A DNA stretch of 64,000 bases from Bacilli bacterium (GCA_050953045.1 JBMNLY010000002.1:596667-660666); one strand, 5' to 3'. Numbered from the stretch's first letter, positions 36,907-47,166 are shown. Notes: a model not told the origin generated them from the letters alone. Numbers and translations: made by a program.

Positions 36907-37772
36907 AATTTGCTCTCCTTTTCAATTTGTTCCAATTCTTCTTTGGAATAGATATATTGATTTTTACAGTAATGACAAATGACTTCCGCTTGACCATCAG
37001 TTTCGATAATGTTACGGATTTCGGCCTTTCCGATTGAGGCGATTCCTCGTGCGAATTTATCTTTGCTGCAGGCACAATGATAACGAACATTCATTTTATC
37101 CAAAATCTCATAATCGTCTCCGAAAATCAATTTGAGGATGTTCTCTAAATCTTCGTTTTCAGCAAGCAATCCGGAAAAACTCGAAAGTATCGGTGTTTTG
37201 AATTCTAAAAATTCAATATCTTCTTCGCGAGCATCGGGCATCAATTGAATAATTATACCTCCGCATAAACTGCAGGTATTGTCTTCTTTGATGACAGAAC
37301 CGAGACTTGTGAGTGTCGGGGTTTGCTCGGAATGCGCAAAATAATAGGTGAAGTCTTTCGCAAGATCCCCGGTTTGTAAAGGGATAGTTGATGAATAAAA
37401 ATCTTTTAATTTCAAATCTTTAATAACGTCGATATAACCGTTATAACCTAAAGTTGTCACTTCGTCCAAGTTGTTATGTTTTGAGAAATGGACATGGGGA
37501 TTGCGGACATAACCTCGTGCTTCCCCTTTCGCATTACTATCAGCAACAACAACTCCGATTGGACCGTTTCCGTCAATTTTGATAGTCAAAGCTTCTTCGC
37601 CCTTAAGCATTGCTCCCATCAACAGAGCAACCGTTAAGGTTTTTCCAAGAATGGAAGCGGCACTTGGCCATAAATCATGTGTTAAAATTGCATCATTTGT
37701 TACTTTGGTTGTACGGGTAATATAAACCCGCACTCTACCGTTTCTAGCTAATGCTTTAATTAAATAATCCAT
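36903..37772 (-). CDS. hslO: Redox-regulated chaperone Hsp33.
   Basis: About 290 aa. C-terminal zinc centre HCACSKDKF...VICHYCKNQY (CxC...CxxC). Start taken at MDYLIKA (ATG at 37772) rather than the longer track ORF. Confidence 0.85.
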   Translation of the reverse strand: MDYLIKALARNGRVRVYITRTTKVTNDAILTHDLWPSAASILGKTLTVALLMGAMLKGEEALTIKIDGNGPIGVVVADSNAKGEARGYVRNPHVHFSKHNNLDEVTTLGYNGYIDVIKDLKLKDFYSSTIPLQTGDLAKDFTYYFAHSEQTPTLTSLGSVIKEDNTCSLCGGIIIQLMPDAREEDIEFLEFKTPILSSFSGLLAENEDLENILKLIFGDDYEILDKMNVRYHCACSKDKFARGIASIGKAEIRNIIETDGQAEVICHYCKNQYIYSKEELEQIEKESKL

Positions 37773-37897
37773 AAAAATTACCTCAAATAGTATTATATCA
37801 CAAAGTAGTAAGTTTTTATCCATATTAATCAGCAAAATTGCCTTAACAAATTTCTTTTTTTGTGTTATAATATATAATAATTTAGGAGTGATTTAGT

Positions 37898-38452
37898 ATG
37901 GAAAAAGTTTTTATCAAAAGCAAGTTTAACAGAAAACTATACACAAAGTTCTTTTATTTCAATTTATTACAGAAATCCGCTTCAATCTACTTCTTTTTCT
38001 TGGCTGCTCTTTTAAGTTTGTATCTCGCAATTAATGTTACAGTAAATCCGGATGCTGACAACACCAGCACTACAATCTATTGGTTGTTTGCGCTCTTTTT
38101 ACTTTCCGGTCTTCCTGCTTTTACCTACGGAAGAATTAGTGCAACCGTTAAAAAGATAGAAAAGGAACTTGGCGACAAATTAGAAATAATTGAAATTTCG
38201 AAACCAAAAATTGTTCGATTTGTTGAAGGGGTTCAAGGCAAAGTTGTACTTGGCTGGGAAAATTTTGACAGCGTCTATGAATATAAAGATTATATCTTTA
38301 TGTATATTGACCGTGATCGTGGTTTAGTATTTACAAAGGATAGTATTTTAGATGGGGATCTCGAAACTTTTCGGAAACTTGCTATGAATAATCTGCGACC
38401 GGGAAAAAAAGGAAAGGTCAGATATTTTAAGAGATTTAAGGAAGAAAAATAA
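37898..38452 (+). CDS. YcxB-like (bacterial PH-domain) membrane protein.
   Basis: 184 aa. Two TM helices followed by a roughly 100-aa soluble domain. Paralogous in layout to the genes at 54996 and 55707. Confidence 0.45.
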   Translation: MEKVFIKSKFNRKLYTKFFYFNLLQKSASIYFFFLAALLSLYLAINVTVNPDADNTSTTIYWLFALFLLSGLPAFTYGRISATVKKIEKELGDKLEIIEISKPKIVRFVEGVQGKVVLGWENFDSVYEYKDYIFMYIDRDRGLVFTKDSILDGDLETFRKLAMNNLRPGKKGKVRYFKRFKEEK

Positions 38453-38988
38453 TGATTGATTTCCATGATTATAAATCCTATGTATTAGATAATCAGGATC
38501 TTATTCAATTTCTAAGAGAAAGCAAATCAATTATTTATGACCGTTTTGAAGATGTTTTTCAAGTATTGGAATTTATTGAAAAACGCGTCGAGAAATATGA
38601 AAAAGTTGAAGAAGAATTTGAAGTCATTTTTGAAGCAGGATTTGCTTACCTCCATGAACAAATGGAAGAGCTTAAAAGTATTATTAATTTATATTTCAAA
38701 AATGATGTAGCCGGTTTAAATAAATATGCAAGCCTAATCAATTACTATCTTTACTTAAGCGATCTGATTGAAACATTAACAGAGAAATCACTTTATAGTG
38801 AAGATGCAAAACAGGCAATAGCTAATATTTATGAGGAAATAGAAACAATCTTTTCTGAAAAAAAAGCTTTTGAACAAGAAATATTCAACCAGTTTAATCT
38901 TGTTGTAGAGGAATATGCTCCGGTTGGTACTCTTTCTACACAGGAGATTTACGGAATGATTAAAGAAGAAATTGATGTTTGGGAATAA
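38452..38988 (+). CDS. Hypothetical acidic, probably all-helical cytoplasmic protein.
   Basis: 178 aa, rich in Glu and Tyr. ATGA-coupled to the upstream YcxB-like gene. No recognisable motif. Confidence 0.4.
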   Translation: MIDFHDYKSYVLDNQDLIQFLRESKSIIYDRFEDVFQVLEFIEKRVEKYEKVEEEFEVIFEAGFAYLHEQMEELKSIINLYFKNDVAGLNKYASLINYYLYLSDLIETLTEKSLYSEDAKQAIANIYEEIETIFSEKKAFEQEIFNQFNLVVEEYAPVGTLSTQEIYGMIKEEIDVWE

Positions 38989-39006
38989 AAAATAGATAAT
39001 ATTTTG

Positions 39007-39032
39007 CATCAGCTTACAGCTGATGTTTTTTA
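39007..39032 (+). terminator. Terminator for the two-gene hypothetical operon.
   Basis: CATCAGCTtacAGCTGATGTTTTTTATT. Confidence 0.6.
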
Positions 39033-39046
39033 TTAGAATAATTAGA

Positions 39047-39080
39047 TATAAAAACACTAGCCCCAAGGGACTAGTGTAGT
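39047..39080 (-). terminator. Terminator for lysS (minus strand).
   Basis: On the minus strand: ACACTAGTCCCttGGGGCTAGTGT followed by TTTTTATATC. Confidence 0.6.
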
Positions 39081-39088
39081 TTATTTAC

Positions 39089-40591
39089 CTAATCGTTACG
39101 CTCTTTGTTGCTATGGCGCATATGGGGGAATAGAAGAACATCTCTGATGGAATCGGTTTGTGTTAACAACATTACTGTTCTGTCAATTCCGATTCCTAGT
39201 CCCCCTGTCGGCGGCAATCCATATTCTAAAGCTTCGATATAATCATAATCCATATCCGTCGCTTCATCGTTTCCGAGTTCTTTTTCTTTTAATTGATTAA
39301 GGAAGCGTTCGTGTTGATCGATTGGATCGTTTAGTTCGGTGAAAGCATTAGCATATTCTTTTTTATTAATGAATAGTTCAAATCTTTCGGTAAAACGCGG
39401 ATCGCTGCTTTTCTTAGCTAGCGGGCTGATTTCTAGCGGATGTCCGTAGATAAAAGTCGGTTGAATTAAAGTTTGTTCTACGTATTTTTCAAAGAATAAA
39501 TTAACGATATGACCGAAGGCTTTTTGATGATTTTCTATATTTAGATCATATTCTTTTGCAAGTTTTAATGCTTCTTCTTCAGTTGCGACTTCGAAAAAAT
39601 TGACATCGATTTGTTCATTAATAGCGTCAACCATATGAATTCGTTTGAAGGGTTTTTCAAAATCCAAAATATTGCCTTGATATTCAAAGGTTCTGGATTT
39701 CAGCACTTCATCGCATAAATAACAGAAACATTCTTCTACAAGATCCATCATTCCTTCCATATCAGAATAAGCGAGATAAGCTTCGACGGTTGTGAATTCT
39801 GGATTATGGGTTGAATCCATACCTTCATTCCGGAAGAGTCTCCCGACTTCGTAGACAGCTTCCATACCGCCCACAATTAATCTTTTTAAAGGAAGTTCTG
39901 TTGCGATACGTAGATAGAAGTCCATATCCAAAGCATTATGACGGGTAATGAAGGGACGTGCATTGGCACCACCTAGGATTGGTTGTAAGATTGGAGTTTC
40001 AACCTCGACAAATCCTTTGCTGTCAAAGAATCTTTGGAAGGTACGGATGATTTGTGGTCTTAAGAAAGCTATTCGTCTTGATTCTTCATTAACGATTAAA
40101 TCAACATAACGCCGTCTTCTGGCTTCTTCTTTATCTTGAAGACCGTGGAATTTTTCCGGTAGTGGCCTTAAGGCTTTGCATAAGTGGGTATATTTGCTTG
40201 CTTTTAAGGTTAATTCGCCCATATCGGTTCGAATCAATTCGCCTTCGATACCAACGATATCACCTAAATCGGCTTTTTTAAAGAGTTTGTATTCAAGTTC
40301 ACTCAAAGAATCACTTCGACAATACACCTGAAACTGACCGTAGCGATCTTGAATATGCATGAAACCAGTTTTTCCTTTGCCGCGTTTGGTCATAATCCGC
40401 CCGGCAATGGAAGCTTTGATATTCATTTCTAATAATTCTTCTTTGGAATACTGATCATAGTCATCTTTTAGTGATTTGGAAGTTGCTGTACGTTTGAAAG
40501 CACTGCCGAAGGGATCGATGCCTTTGGCCCTTAAGTCTTCCATTTTTTGACGCCTGACTATTTCTTGGTCATTCAAATTTCTGTAATCCAT
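39089..40591 (-). CDS. lysS: Lysyl-tRNA synthetase (class II).
   Basis: 500 aa. OB-fold anticodon-binding domain and class II motifs, including the GGLGIGIDR motif 3 region. Confidence 0.95.
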   Translation of the reverse strand: MDYRNLNDQEIVRRQKMEDLRAKGIDPFGSAFKRTATSKSLKDDYDQYSKEELLEMNIKASIAGRIMTKRGKGKTGFMHIQDRYGQFQVYCRSDSLSELEYKLFKKADLGDIVGIEGELIRTDMGELTLKASKYTHLCKALRPLPEKFHGLQDKEEARRRRYVDLIVNEESRRIAFLRPQIIRTFQRFFDSKGFVEVETPILQPILGGANARPFITRHNALDMDFYLRIATELPLKRLIVGGMEAVYEVGRLFRNEGMDSTHNPEFTTVEAYLAYSDMEGMMDLVEECFCYLCDEVLKSRTFEYQGNILDFEKPFKRIHMVDAINEQIDVNFFEVATEEEALKLAKEYDLNIENHQKAFGHIVNLFFEKYVEQTLIQPTFIYGHPLEISPLAKKSSDPRFTERFELFINKKEYANAFTELNDPIDQHERFLNQLKEKELGNDEATDMDYDYIEALEYGLPPTGGLGIGIDRTVMLLTQTDSIRDVLLFPHMRHSNKERND

Positions 40592-40649
40592 ATTTTCACC
40601 TCTAATAATTAATTATTATAGCATATTTTCATTATAAAGCCAAATTATT

Positions 40650-41351
40650 TTATGCTTCAAGATAAGGAAATAAGAGACTCGCAATTAAGCAATAACCTTC
40701 AAAATTAAGATGTAAACCTTCAATTGTATATTTTTTATTTAAGTTGCCGTTTTCGTCAAGCAAATTATTATAAATGTCGATATAGACAAAGTTATTGTCA
40801 TTACAAAAAGCTTCAACTTCAGAGTTAATTGCTGCTATATCATTATTCTTTCTTTTACCGACAAAGAAGATACTGAAAAATTTAGCTTTTCTATTGACCG
40901 GATAAAGCGAGATAAAATATATTTGTGCATTCGGCAAGTTTTCTTTTAAACGAAGCAGTATTTCTTTAATATTAACGAGGAGGTTTTGCCTTAATTGTTT
41001 CTTGCTGTTTAAATCATTTGTTCCAATTTGGAGAAAAACCTTGCTCGGTTTTAGTGCAATGACATTTGATTCAAGTCTTTCAAGTACGCCGATTGTTTTA
41101 TCGCTGGCAATTCCGCGATTATAGGGATTGAACTGATGAAAAAACTCTTCAATCCGAAAAAACTCAGTTAAGGAATCACCTAAAAAGACAGTTTTTCCTT
41201 TTTCAAGATAATCCTGATATGCGGAATATTGTCTGGCTTTCAGTTTTGTGATTCTATCAATTTGTTTTATAACAAGAATTAATATGATAGTAAGAACAAA
41301 AATAATTGCAGAAAGAAAAGCAACGATAAAAATAAGGATGGGTTTAACCAT
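40650..41351 (-). CDS. SGNH/GDSL hydrolase family protein with an N-terminal TM anchor.
   Basis: 233 aa. Block I VFLGDSLTE and SGNH fold. Confidence 0.75.
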   Translation of the reverse strand: MVKPILIFIVAFLSAIIFVLTIILILVIKQIDRITKLKARQYSAYQDYLEKGKTVFLGDSLTEFFRIEEFFHQFNPYNRGIASDKTIGVLERLESNVIALKPSKVFLQIGTNDLNSKKQLRQNLLVNIKEILLRLKENLPNAQIYFISLYPVNRKAKFFSIFFVGKRKNNDIAAINSEVEAFCNDNNFVYIDIYNNLLDENGNLNKKYTIEGLHLNFEGYCLIASLLFPYLEA

Positions 41352-41403
41352 AAAAACACCTCGAATATATCATATCATAAAATTTAAATATTTGAACAAA
41401 AAA

Positions 41404-41423
41404 ACATAAGCTTTTGCTTATGT
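41404..41423. repeat. 20-bp perfect palindrome ACATAAGCttttGCTTATGT, copy 1.
   Basis: Identical copy at 41614-41633. Followed by a second hairpin GAGCGTTGACaaaGTCAACGCTC plus a T-run (41426-41458). Confidence 0.7.
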
Positions 41424-41613
41424 CAGAGCGTTGACAAAGTCAACGCTCATATTTTTTTATATAAATTAAAAACAAAAGTGGGATAAAGTGATTGATTTTC
41501 ATATGATATAACCTTGTATTATAACGATTTATGCGTATTTTTAATACTAATGTGGGACGAAAATAAAAGTGCCTTGTTTAAATGTTTTGCAAAGGCACTT
41601 TGTCATCAAGCTG

Positions 41614-41633
41614 ACATAAGCTTTTGCTTATGT
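41614..41633. repeat. 20-bp perfect palindrome ACATAAGCttttGCTTATGT, copy 2 (overlaps the gtrA stop codon).
   Basis: Identical to copy 1, 210 bp away. Preceded by the hairpin AAAGTGCCTT...AAGGCACTTT (41566-41601). Confidence 0.7.
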
Positions 41634-42047
41634 TTCTTGTTTCTTTTTAAATATTCGGTTAAATACCAAAAACTGAAATGGTAAAATTATAAACGTTACC
41701 GGGATTGGTATATACTTAATTAATTCGGGTTTGTTAAAATGTAATATTAGTTTTTCAAAACCCAAGGTTAGCGCATTGCTTAAGAAGAGCTTAGCGAGGA
41801 AAGTCAGCATCGCTTGGATAAAAGAAGAATGATTCGTTTTGGAACGATAAGTAAATGTCGCATTTGCAAAATAAGAAAAAACTGAGGCGGTAATAAAAGC
41901 AACCGTATTTGCTAGAAGTGTACTTACAGCAAGCAAGAGATTAAAGATTGCGAGATGTACCAGTGTGTTGATGATGCCGATAATACAGAATATGATAAAG
42001 TTACGAGAAAAGAAGGTTTTAAAAATATTAGTCATGCTTACACTCAA
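41628..42047 (-). CDS. gtrA: GtrA-family membrane protein (putative flippase for undecaprenyl-phosphate-linked sugars).
   Basis: 139 aa, 4 TM helices, GtrA-like N-terminus. Overlaps the upstream GT2 gene by 20 nt. Confidence 0.7.
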   Translation of the reverse strand: MSVSMTNIFKTFFSRNFIIFCIIGIINTLVHLAIFNLLLAVSTLLANTVAFITASVFSYFANATFTYRSKTNHSSFIQAMLTFLAKLFLSNALTLGFEKLILHFNKPELIKYIPIPVTFIILPFQFLVFNRIFKKKQET

Positions 42048-42948
42048 TATTCGACTCTTTGGTTAGGTAGAGAGGCCTTGATAAGCTTTGGTCACGAATA
42101 TCATAGACCAGTCGCATTAAGTACTTAATGCCAATCAAAATTAAGAGAGCCAAAAATTCAATTTTTAAAGCTAAAAAATCAAACCCTATAATATGACCAT
42201 AGCCGATTTCAAAACCGAGAAGTAAGAGACATAAAAATATTAAGAGGTTCGGAATCAGATTGTAAACATGACTGAATTGTTTAATTCCAAGCATGCCATA
42301 ACGAAACAACTTTTTAAAAGACCATTTTGTTTTTCCCGCATATCTGGGTACATAGTCAAATTCAATGCATTTTTTCTCAAAACCAACCCAAGTAAAAATT
42401 CCCTTTGTAAAGCGGCGGTAGTCTTTTACTTGTAAGAAAGCTTCGATAACATCACGGTCTAGTAGGGAGAAATCTCTTGCGCCTTGAGCGACATTTGGGT
42501 TTTTGGTTAAGATGCCGTAGGTTTTGTAGTAGGCTTTTGCAAAAAACTTTTTCAAAAATGGTTCGTTTTTACGAGATTTATGTTTTGTATAAATGTGTTT
42601 ATATCCTGCCTCATAGTACTTAAGCATTTCCGGAATTAAAGAGGGTGGGTCTTGTAAGTCGGCATCGATTAGGATTGCCGCATTCACATCCAGTAATTTA
42701 GCTGCTTGAAGACCAGCATACATTGCTGCTTCTTTTCCGAAATTTCGGGAAAAAGAAACAAATTTCACCTTGGGGTCTTTGGTGTTTAAGGATTTAATAA
42801 TTTCCATAGTTTTATCTTTGGAACCGTCATCTATAAAGATAAAATAAAAATCATAATCAGGAACAAGCTGTTTTTTTACTTCCTGATAAAAAACTTCTAA
42901 CATTTCCTCTTCGTTGTAACAAGGAACAACGATTGCAATTTTATTCAT
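42028..42948 (-). CDS. GT2-family glycosyltransferase (GtrB/CsbB-like undecaprenyl-phosphate sugar synthase).
   Basis: 306 aa. N-terminus IAIVVPCYNEEEM, DAD and DXD motifs, two C-terminal TM helices as in GtrB/CsbB. Confidence 0.8.
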   Translation of the reverse strand: MNKIAIVVPCYNEEEMLEVFYQEVKKQLVPDYDFYFIFIDDGSKDKTMEIIKSLNTKDPKVKFVSFSRNFGKEAAMYAGLQAAKLLDVNAAILIDADLQDPPSLIPEMLKYYEAGYKHIYTKHKSRKNEPFLKKFFAKAYYKTYGILTKNPNVAQGARDFSLLDRDVIEAFLQVKDYRRFTKGIFTWVGFEKKCIEFDYVPRYAGKTKWSFKKLFRYGMLGIKQFSHVYNLIPNLLIFLCLLLLGFEIGYGHIIGFDFLALKIEFLALLILIGIKYLMRLVYDIRDQSLSRPLYLTKESNIECKHD

Positions 42949-43119
42949 ACTTCACCATCATACTATAATTTTAGTACAATAATTATAACACCAGTTAGTT
43001 GTTCTGTCAATTTCCAAAAAATTAAGTTTTAAACCATTAGGAGTTATTTCTAATACCCCTTCTCTTGCTTTCAATAATTCAATATGATAAAATGTTACAA
43101 ATAAGTAGAAGGAAGAATT

Positions 43120-45858
43120 ATGGAAAAAAGAAAGAATGTTTATAGTATTTTTACGATTATTTTTTTGATTTTTGTTCTTGTCGGTTTAATTCCGACAGAA
43201 ATCAAAACAGGTTATCCATTAGGCTTTGGTTTGTTTACAGACGGAATAAAACAGCATTTAATATTTATGAGGGATTATGTTATAAACATTAAAAACTTTT
43301 TTAACGGCAACCCCTTAAGAATTTATCGCTTTGATATCGGCCTGGGAAGCGATTTTTTCATGAGTTTTGGCTATTATTCTCTTTTTGATCCTCTGACTAT
43401 AATTGCTTATTTAATACCTATAAAATATATTGAATTCAGTTATTATTTAATAGCAGTAACAAGAATTTACCTTGCAGGGATTTTTATTATCTGGCTTGCG
43501 AAAGAGTACGGCATTCAAAAAAAATATTCACTTTTAACGGTCGCATTATTTTACTGTTTTAATGTTACTGTACTTTATTCGGCTTTTCGGCACCCCTTCT
43601 TTACAAATGGGCCGATGTTGTTTCCTTTGGTAATTCTTGGTGCGGAAAGAATCATACGCGGAAAAGGTCCATTTTTATTAATTCTTGCTTCTTTCTTAGG
43701 ACTTATTACCCAGTTTTATTTTTATATCTATACAAGTTTTGGTTTTTTATTATTTGTAATCATCAGATTAATTCCGAAAATAAAAAAAGAATCTTTTCTA
43801 AGTTACAGCAAAAGCATTGCCAACCTTGGTTTAATTTATAGTTTGGGAGCTTTTTTAGGCGGTTTTGTTCTTGTCCCTCAATTTTTAGCTACTGTTTTAA
43901 GCGGAAGAGCTTCCTCCAAGGGTTTTGTCTTCTATAATGCTTATGATTTGCTTACTTATCTATCTTCGTTTTTTATCCCGGTTATTGGCAGCCGCTATTC
44001 TCCTACTATCGGGAATTTTGTTGTATTTTATGTTGTTCTTATTTTTATCTTTAACCCAAAAAAGAGTTGGGAAAAACCTTATTTTTTAATTCTTTCAGTG
44101 CTTTTATTTATTTCTTTTTTCGGATATCTAATTAATGTCTGTTCTTATATTAATAATCGCTGGACATATTTAATGTTACTTCCCGCAGCATTAATGTTGG
44201 GTAAAGTTGTAGATAATCAAGAAGGGGTAACTGATGTTTCAGTTAAAAAAGCAAATAAAGCCTTTTTAGTTTTGGTCAGTTTAGTGGCTGTCTTAGCAAT
44301 ATTAGCACTTTTGGAGAGTGTTGGGAAGACAATATTTATAGTTGGTTTATTAGTTTTGCTACCTTTAGAATATTTGCTGATTAGAAAAATTTTAAAAACA
44401 AATTTTAAAGCTGGATTAAAGAAATATCTTAATTCAAAATTGCTTTTAAAGTATACCTTGATAGTTTCCTTTTTAATGATTTTAGGAATAAGTTTTGCAA
44501 GTGGCTTCTTTGTGACAGTATCTGAAGGTTTGAGCGGGTATAGCGACAAGGAAGCATTTACAGCTATTTATAACGATCAAGGTTTTTATCGTGTGGATCA
44601 GAACAAATATTTTCTTGATTCCGATTTTCTAAGCAATGATAATCTTGTTTATGGTTTTCCTGCTCCGTACGCTTATAATACAATGAATAATGGCTATATT
44701 AATGATACAATTGAATTTTTTAATGTGGTGAATCATAACAATTCTGTCGGCTATAATGGTTTTAATGAAAGAAGTGCCTTGAATAGTATTAATCATGTAA
44801 AATATTTGATTGTGAGGGAATCGGAAAAAATCAGTATTCCTTATGGTTTTAAATTATATGATACGATTCAACTTGAGAAATTTGCTGAAAATCGTTATAA
44901 TAGAATGACCAATACCGGGGCTATCGAATATGATGGCAAAGAAAAAGTATATGAAACTGCATATATTTTTCGAAACGAAAACTTTATAGATTTTGGTTTT
45001 GTTTATCATCAATATATAAAAGAAAATTCATTAGAACAATTTTCTTCCCTCAGCAAAGAAAACATCTTGCTTGAAGCTGCAATCTTAGCAGAAGATTGTG
45101 AACTGCCTCGTTATGAAGCTGAAGATTTAAAGCCTATGAAACCGCAAAAATTTGAACTTGAGAATATTATTCTTGAAGAAGGGAAAATTATTTCCGGAGA
45201 TGAAGGTACAATCAGCTTTACGGTAAACAATCTCGAAGAAGCCGAATTATATGTTGAAATTTTAGGTTTAAAGGCAAGTGATTCCTTACGCGGATTTACG
45301 GTTCGTTATGAAACTGATTTAACTTATCATGAAGAAAGAGGATATAAATATGGAACCAACTTTTATATTGATAATCAGGATCATTTGTTAAGAATTGGCT
45401 ATTTTGAAAAAGGAAATTTGGAAGTCAGAATTATTTTTGAAGCAGGCGAGTACGAATATGAGGAAATCAATTATTATTTAAATCCGGTGGCCTCTTTTGA
45501 AGAAAAGATTAATAATTTGAATTCAGAAACTTTGCAAAATTTACAATTTAAATCTAATGGTTTTTCCGGGAGTATTACTTTAAATACGCCAGGTTTACTT
45601 TTCATATCGCTTCCTTATTCGGAAGGTTTTACAGCTTATGTGAATGGCGTAGAAACGGGAATTAAAAGAGTGAATATTGGTTATATGGGAATAATGCTTG
45701 AAGCCGGAACTCATGATATTATGTTTGTATATGAAACCCCCGGAATGAAATATGGCATCATACTTTCGCTTTTAGCTATGGGGGCGGTTGCTTCAATCGG
45801 CGTTTTCCGAACTATAAAAAAACACAAGAAAAGTAGGGAGCACAATGAAACTAATTAG
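43120..45858 (+). CDS. yfhO: YfhO-family polytopic membrane glycosyltransferase.
   Basis: 912 aa. About 13 TM helices followed by a large extracytoplasmic C-terminal domain. Divergently arranged with the GT2/gtrA pair, the three-component lipid-linked glycosylation layout. Promoter TTGCTT, 17 nt, TAAAAT. Confidence 0.7.
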   Translation: MEKRKNVYSIFTIIFLIFVLVGLIPTEIKTGYPLGFGLFTDGIKQHLIFMRDYVINIKNFFNGNPLRIYRFDIGLGSDFFMSFGYYSLFDPLTIIAYLIPIKYIEFSYYLIAVTRIYLAGIFIIWLAKEYGIQKKYSLLTVALFYCFNVTVLYSAFRHPFFTNGPMLFPLVILGAERIIRGKGPFLLILASFLGLITQFYFYIYTSFGFLLFVIIRLIPKIKKESFLSYSKSIANLGLIYSLGAFLGGFVLVPQFLATVLSGRASSKGFVFYNAYDLLTYLSSFFIPVIGSRYSPTIGNFVVFYVVLIFIFNPKKSWEKPYFLILSVLLFISFFGYLINVCSYINNRWTYLMLLPAALMLGKVVDNQEGVTDVSVKKANKAFLVLVSLVAVLAILALLESVGKTIFIVGLLVLLPLEYLLIRKILKTNFKAGLKKYLNSKLLLKYTLIVSFLMILGISFASGFFVTVSEGLSGYSDKEAFTAIYNDQGFYRVDQNKYFLDSDFLSNDNLVYGFPAPYAYNTMNNGYINDTIEFFNVVNHNNSVGYNGFNERSALNSINHVKYLIVRESEKISIPYGFKLYDTIQLEKFAENRYNRMTNTGAIEYDGKEKVYETAYIFRNENFIDFGFVYHQYIKENSLEQFSSLSKENILLEAAILAEDCELPRYEAEDLKPMKPQKFELENIILEEGKIISGDEGTISFTVNNLEEAELYVEILGLKASDSLRGFTVRYETDLTYHEERGYKYGTNFYIDNQDHLLRIGYFEKGNLEVRIIFEAGEYEYEEINYYLNPVASFEEKINNLNSETLQNLQFKSNGFSGSITLNTPGLLFISLPYSEGFTAYVNGVETGIKRVNIGYMGIMLEAGTHDIMFVYETPGMKYGIILSLLAMGAVASIGVFRTIKKHKKSREHNETN

Positions 45859-47158
45859 AGACTTTCTTAATAGTAAATACTTTATCATCTTAACTTACCT
45901 GGTTGCACTGGTTTGTTGGCGATTCCAAACACAAATACCGGCAATCATTTATTCCGGAATGGCAATTATTCTCATCATTATTTTTGATGCAAAGCGCATC
46001 GGACTTATAACGATAATCTTTGCGGGGATTATTAATTATCGCGATACAGCTTATGAAACTAATTTTTGGCCGCTTTTGATAGTAGGCGGAATTGTTGCTC
46101 CATTTACCATTTATGATTTAGTTCGAAGAAAAGCAAGTTTTAAAGATCCGATTTTTATTGCTCTGGCTTTATATTTGCTTGCAAATATCATATCTTTAAT
46201 CAATATTACAAAGGAAAACCTAAATTATGGTTTGGTTGGAATTCTTCAAACCCTTGCTTTTTGCTTTCTCTACTTCTATGTTCAAAATACCAAAGAAGAA
46301 GGGGATTATCGAAGGGTTGCGGAAAGCGCAGTTTATATGTTGCTTACAATTGCTCTGCAAGTCTTAATATTCTTGTTAACTTATGAAGGCGAAGTTTTAG
46401 GCAAAAATATTGTTTTGGGTTGGAGCGCTTCCAATTCACTTGCAATGGTATTTATGCTGCTTTTTCCAATGACGGTTTTTCTCTATGTAGAAAAAGAAAA
46501 GTACTATATACTTCCACTTATTGTGGTAAATATTGCTTTAGTCGTGCTCACCTTAAGCAAAGGCGCATATCTTACTTTGGCGCTTTTATTGATTCCGCTT
46601 TTAGTATTTGTATATAAATATGTAAAAGATAAAAGAAAACTTACCAAGAGTCTTATCATTATGTTTGCATTGGCGCTTTTAGCTTTCGGAATCATTTTTT
46701 CAATCTCTGGAATCAGGGAGGGGATTGTAAAATACTTGCAACAAATGTCTGCAAGAGGGTGGTTTAATGATCAAGCACGGATTAGGATTTATAAATACGG
46801 TGCCGAAGTCTTCAAGGAGTTTCCGCTTTTTGGCTCCGGTTCTTACACAGCCAAACCTTATTTGATTGCATATGGCTATTCCCCGTCATTAAAACATTAT
46901 CATAATTTCATTATTCAAAATGTTGCCACCCTCGGTCTTTTTGGGTTAGTTACTTTTGGGAATTTTATAGTTCAAATTTTCCGAAAAATTAAGGGCGGGA
47001 ATTTTTATCATCTTTCCGTTTTCTTTGCAACTTTGGCTATGCTGATTCACGGACTTGTGGATAATACTTGGCATAATCCCGTTATCTTTGTAATCATATT
47101 GATTTACCTAGCGGCACTTGACGCGACTCAAAATAAATTGACTTCGATTGCTAAGTAG
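45845..47158 (+). CDS. O-antigen ligase / Wzy_C-domain polytopic membrane protein.
   Basis: 437 aa. About 10 TM helices and one larger extracytoplasmic loop, as in the WaaL/Wzy_C family. Overlaps the yfhO 3' end. Confidence 0.55.
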   Translation: MKLIRDFLNSKYFIILTYLVALVCWRFQTQIPAIIYSGMAIILIIIFDAKRIGLITIIFAGIINYRDTAYETNFWPLLIVGGIVAPFTIYDLVRRKASFKDPIFIALALYLLANIISLINITKENLNYGLVGILQTLAFCFLYFYVQNTKEEGDYRRVAESAVYMLLTIALQVLIFLLTYEGEVLGKNIVLGWSASNSLAMVFMLLFPMTVFLYVEKEKYYILPLIVVNIALVVLTLSKGAYLTLALLLIPLLVFVYKYVKDKRKLTKSLIIMFALALLAFGIIFSISGIREGIVKYLQQMSARGWFNDQARIRIYKYGAEVFKEFPLFGSGSYTAKPYLIAYGYSPSLKHYHNFIIQNVATLGLFGLVTFGNFIVQIFRKIKGGNFYHLSVFFATLAMLIHGLVDNTWHNPVIFVIILIYLAALDATQNKLTSIAK

Positions 47159-47166
47159 GCTATAAT

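Noticed and set aside
40592-40649. Expected T-box or L-box leader upstream of lysS.
   Set aside because: The 5' region is only about 58 nt with no specifier or T-box (AATTAGGGTGGNACCGCG-like) sequence and no antiterminator structure. Just a ribosome-binding site.
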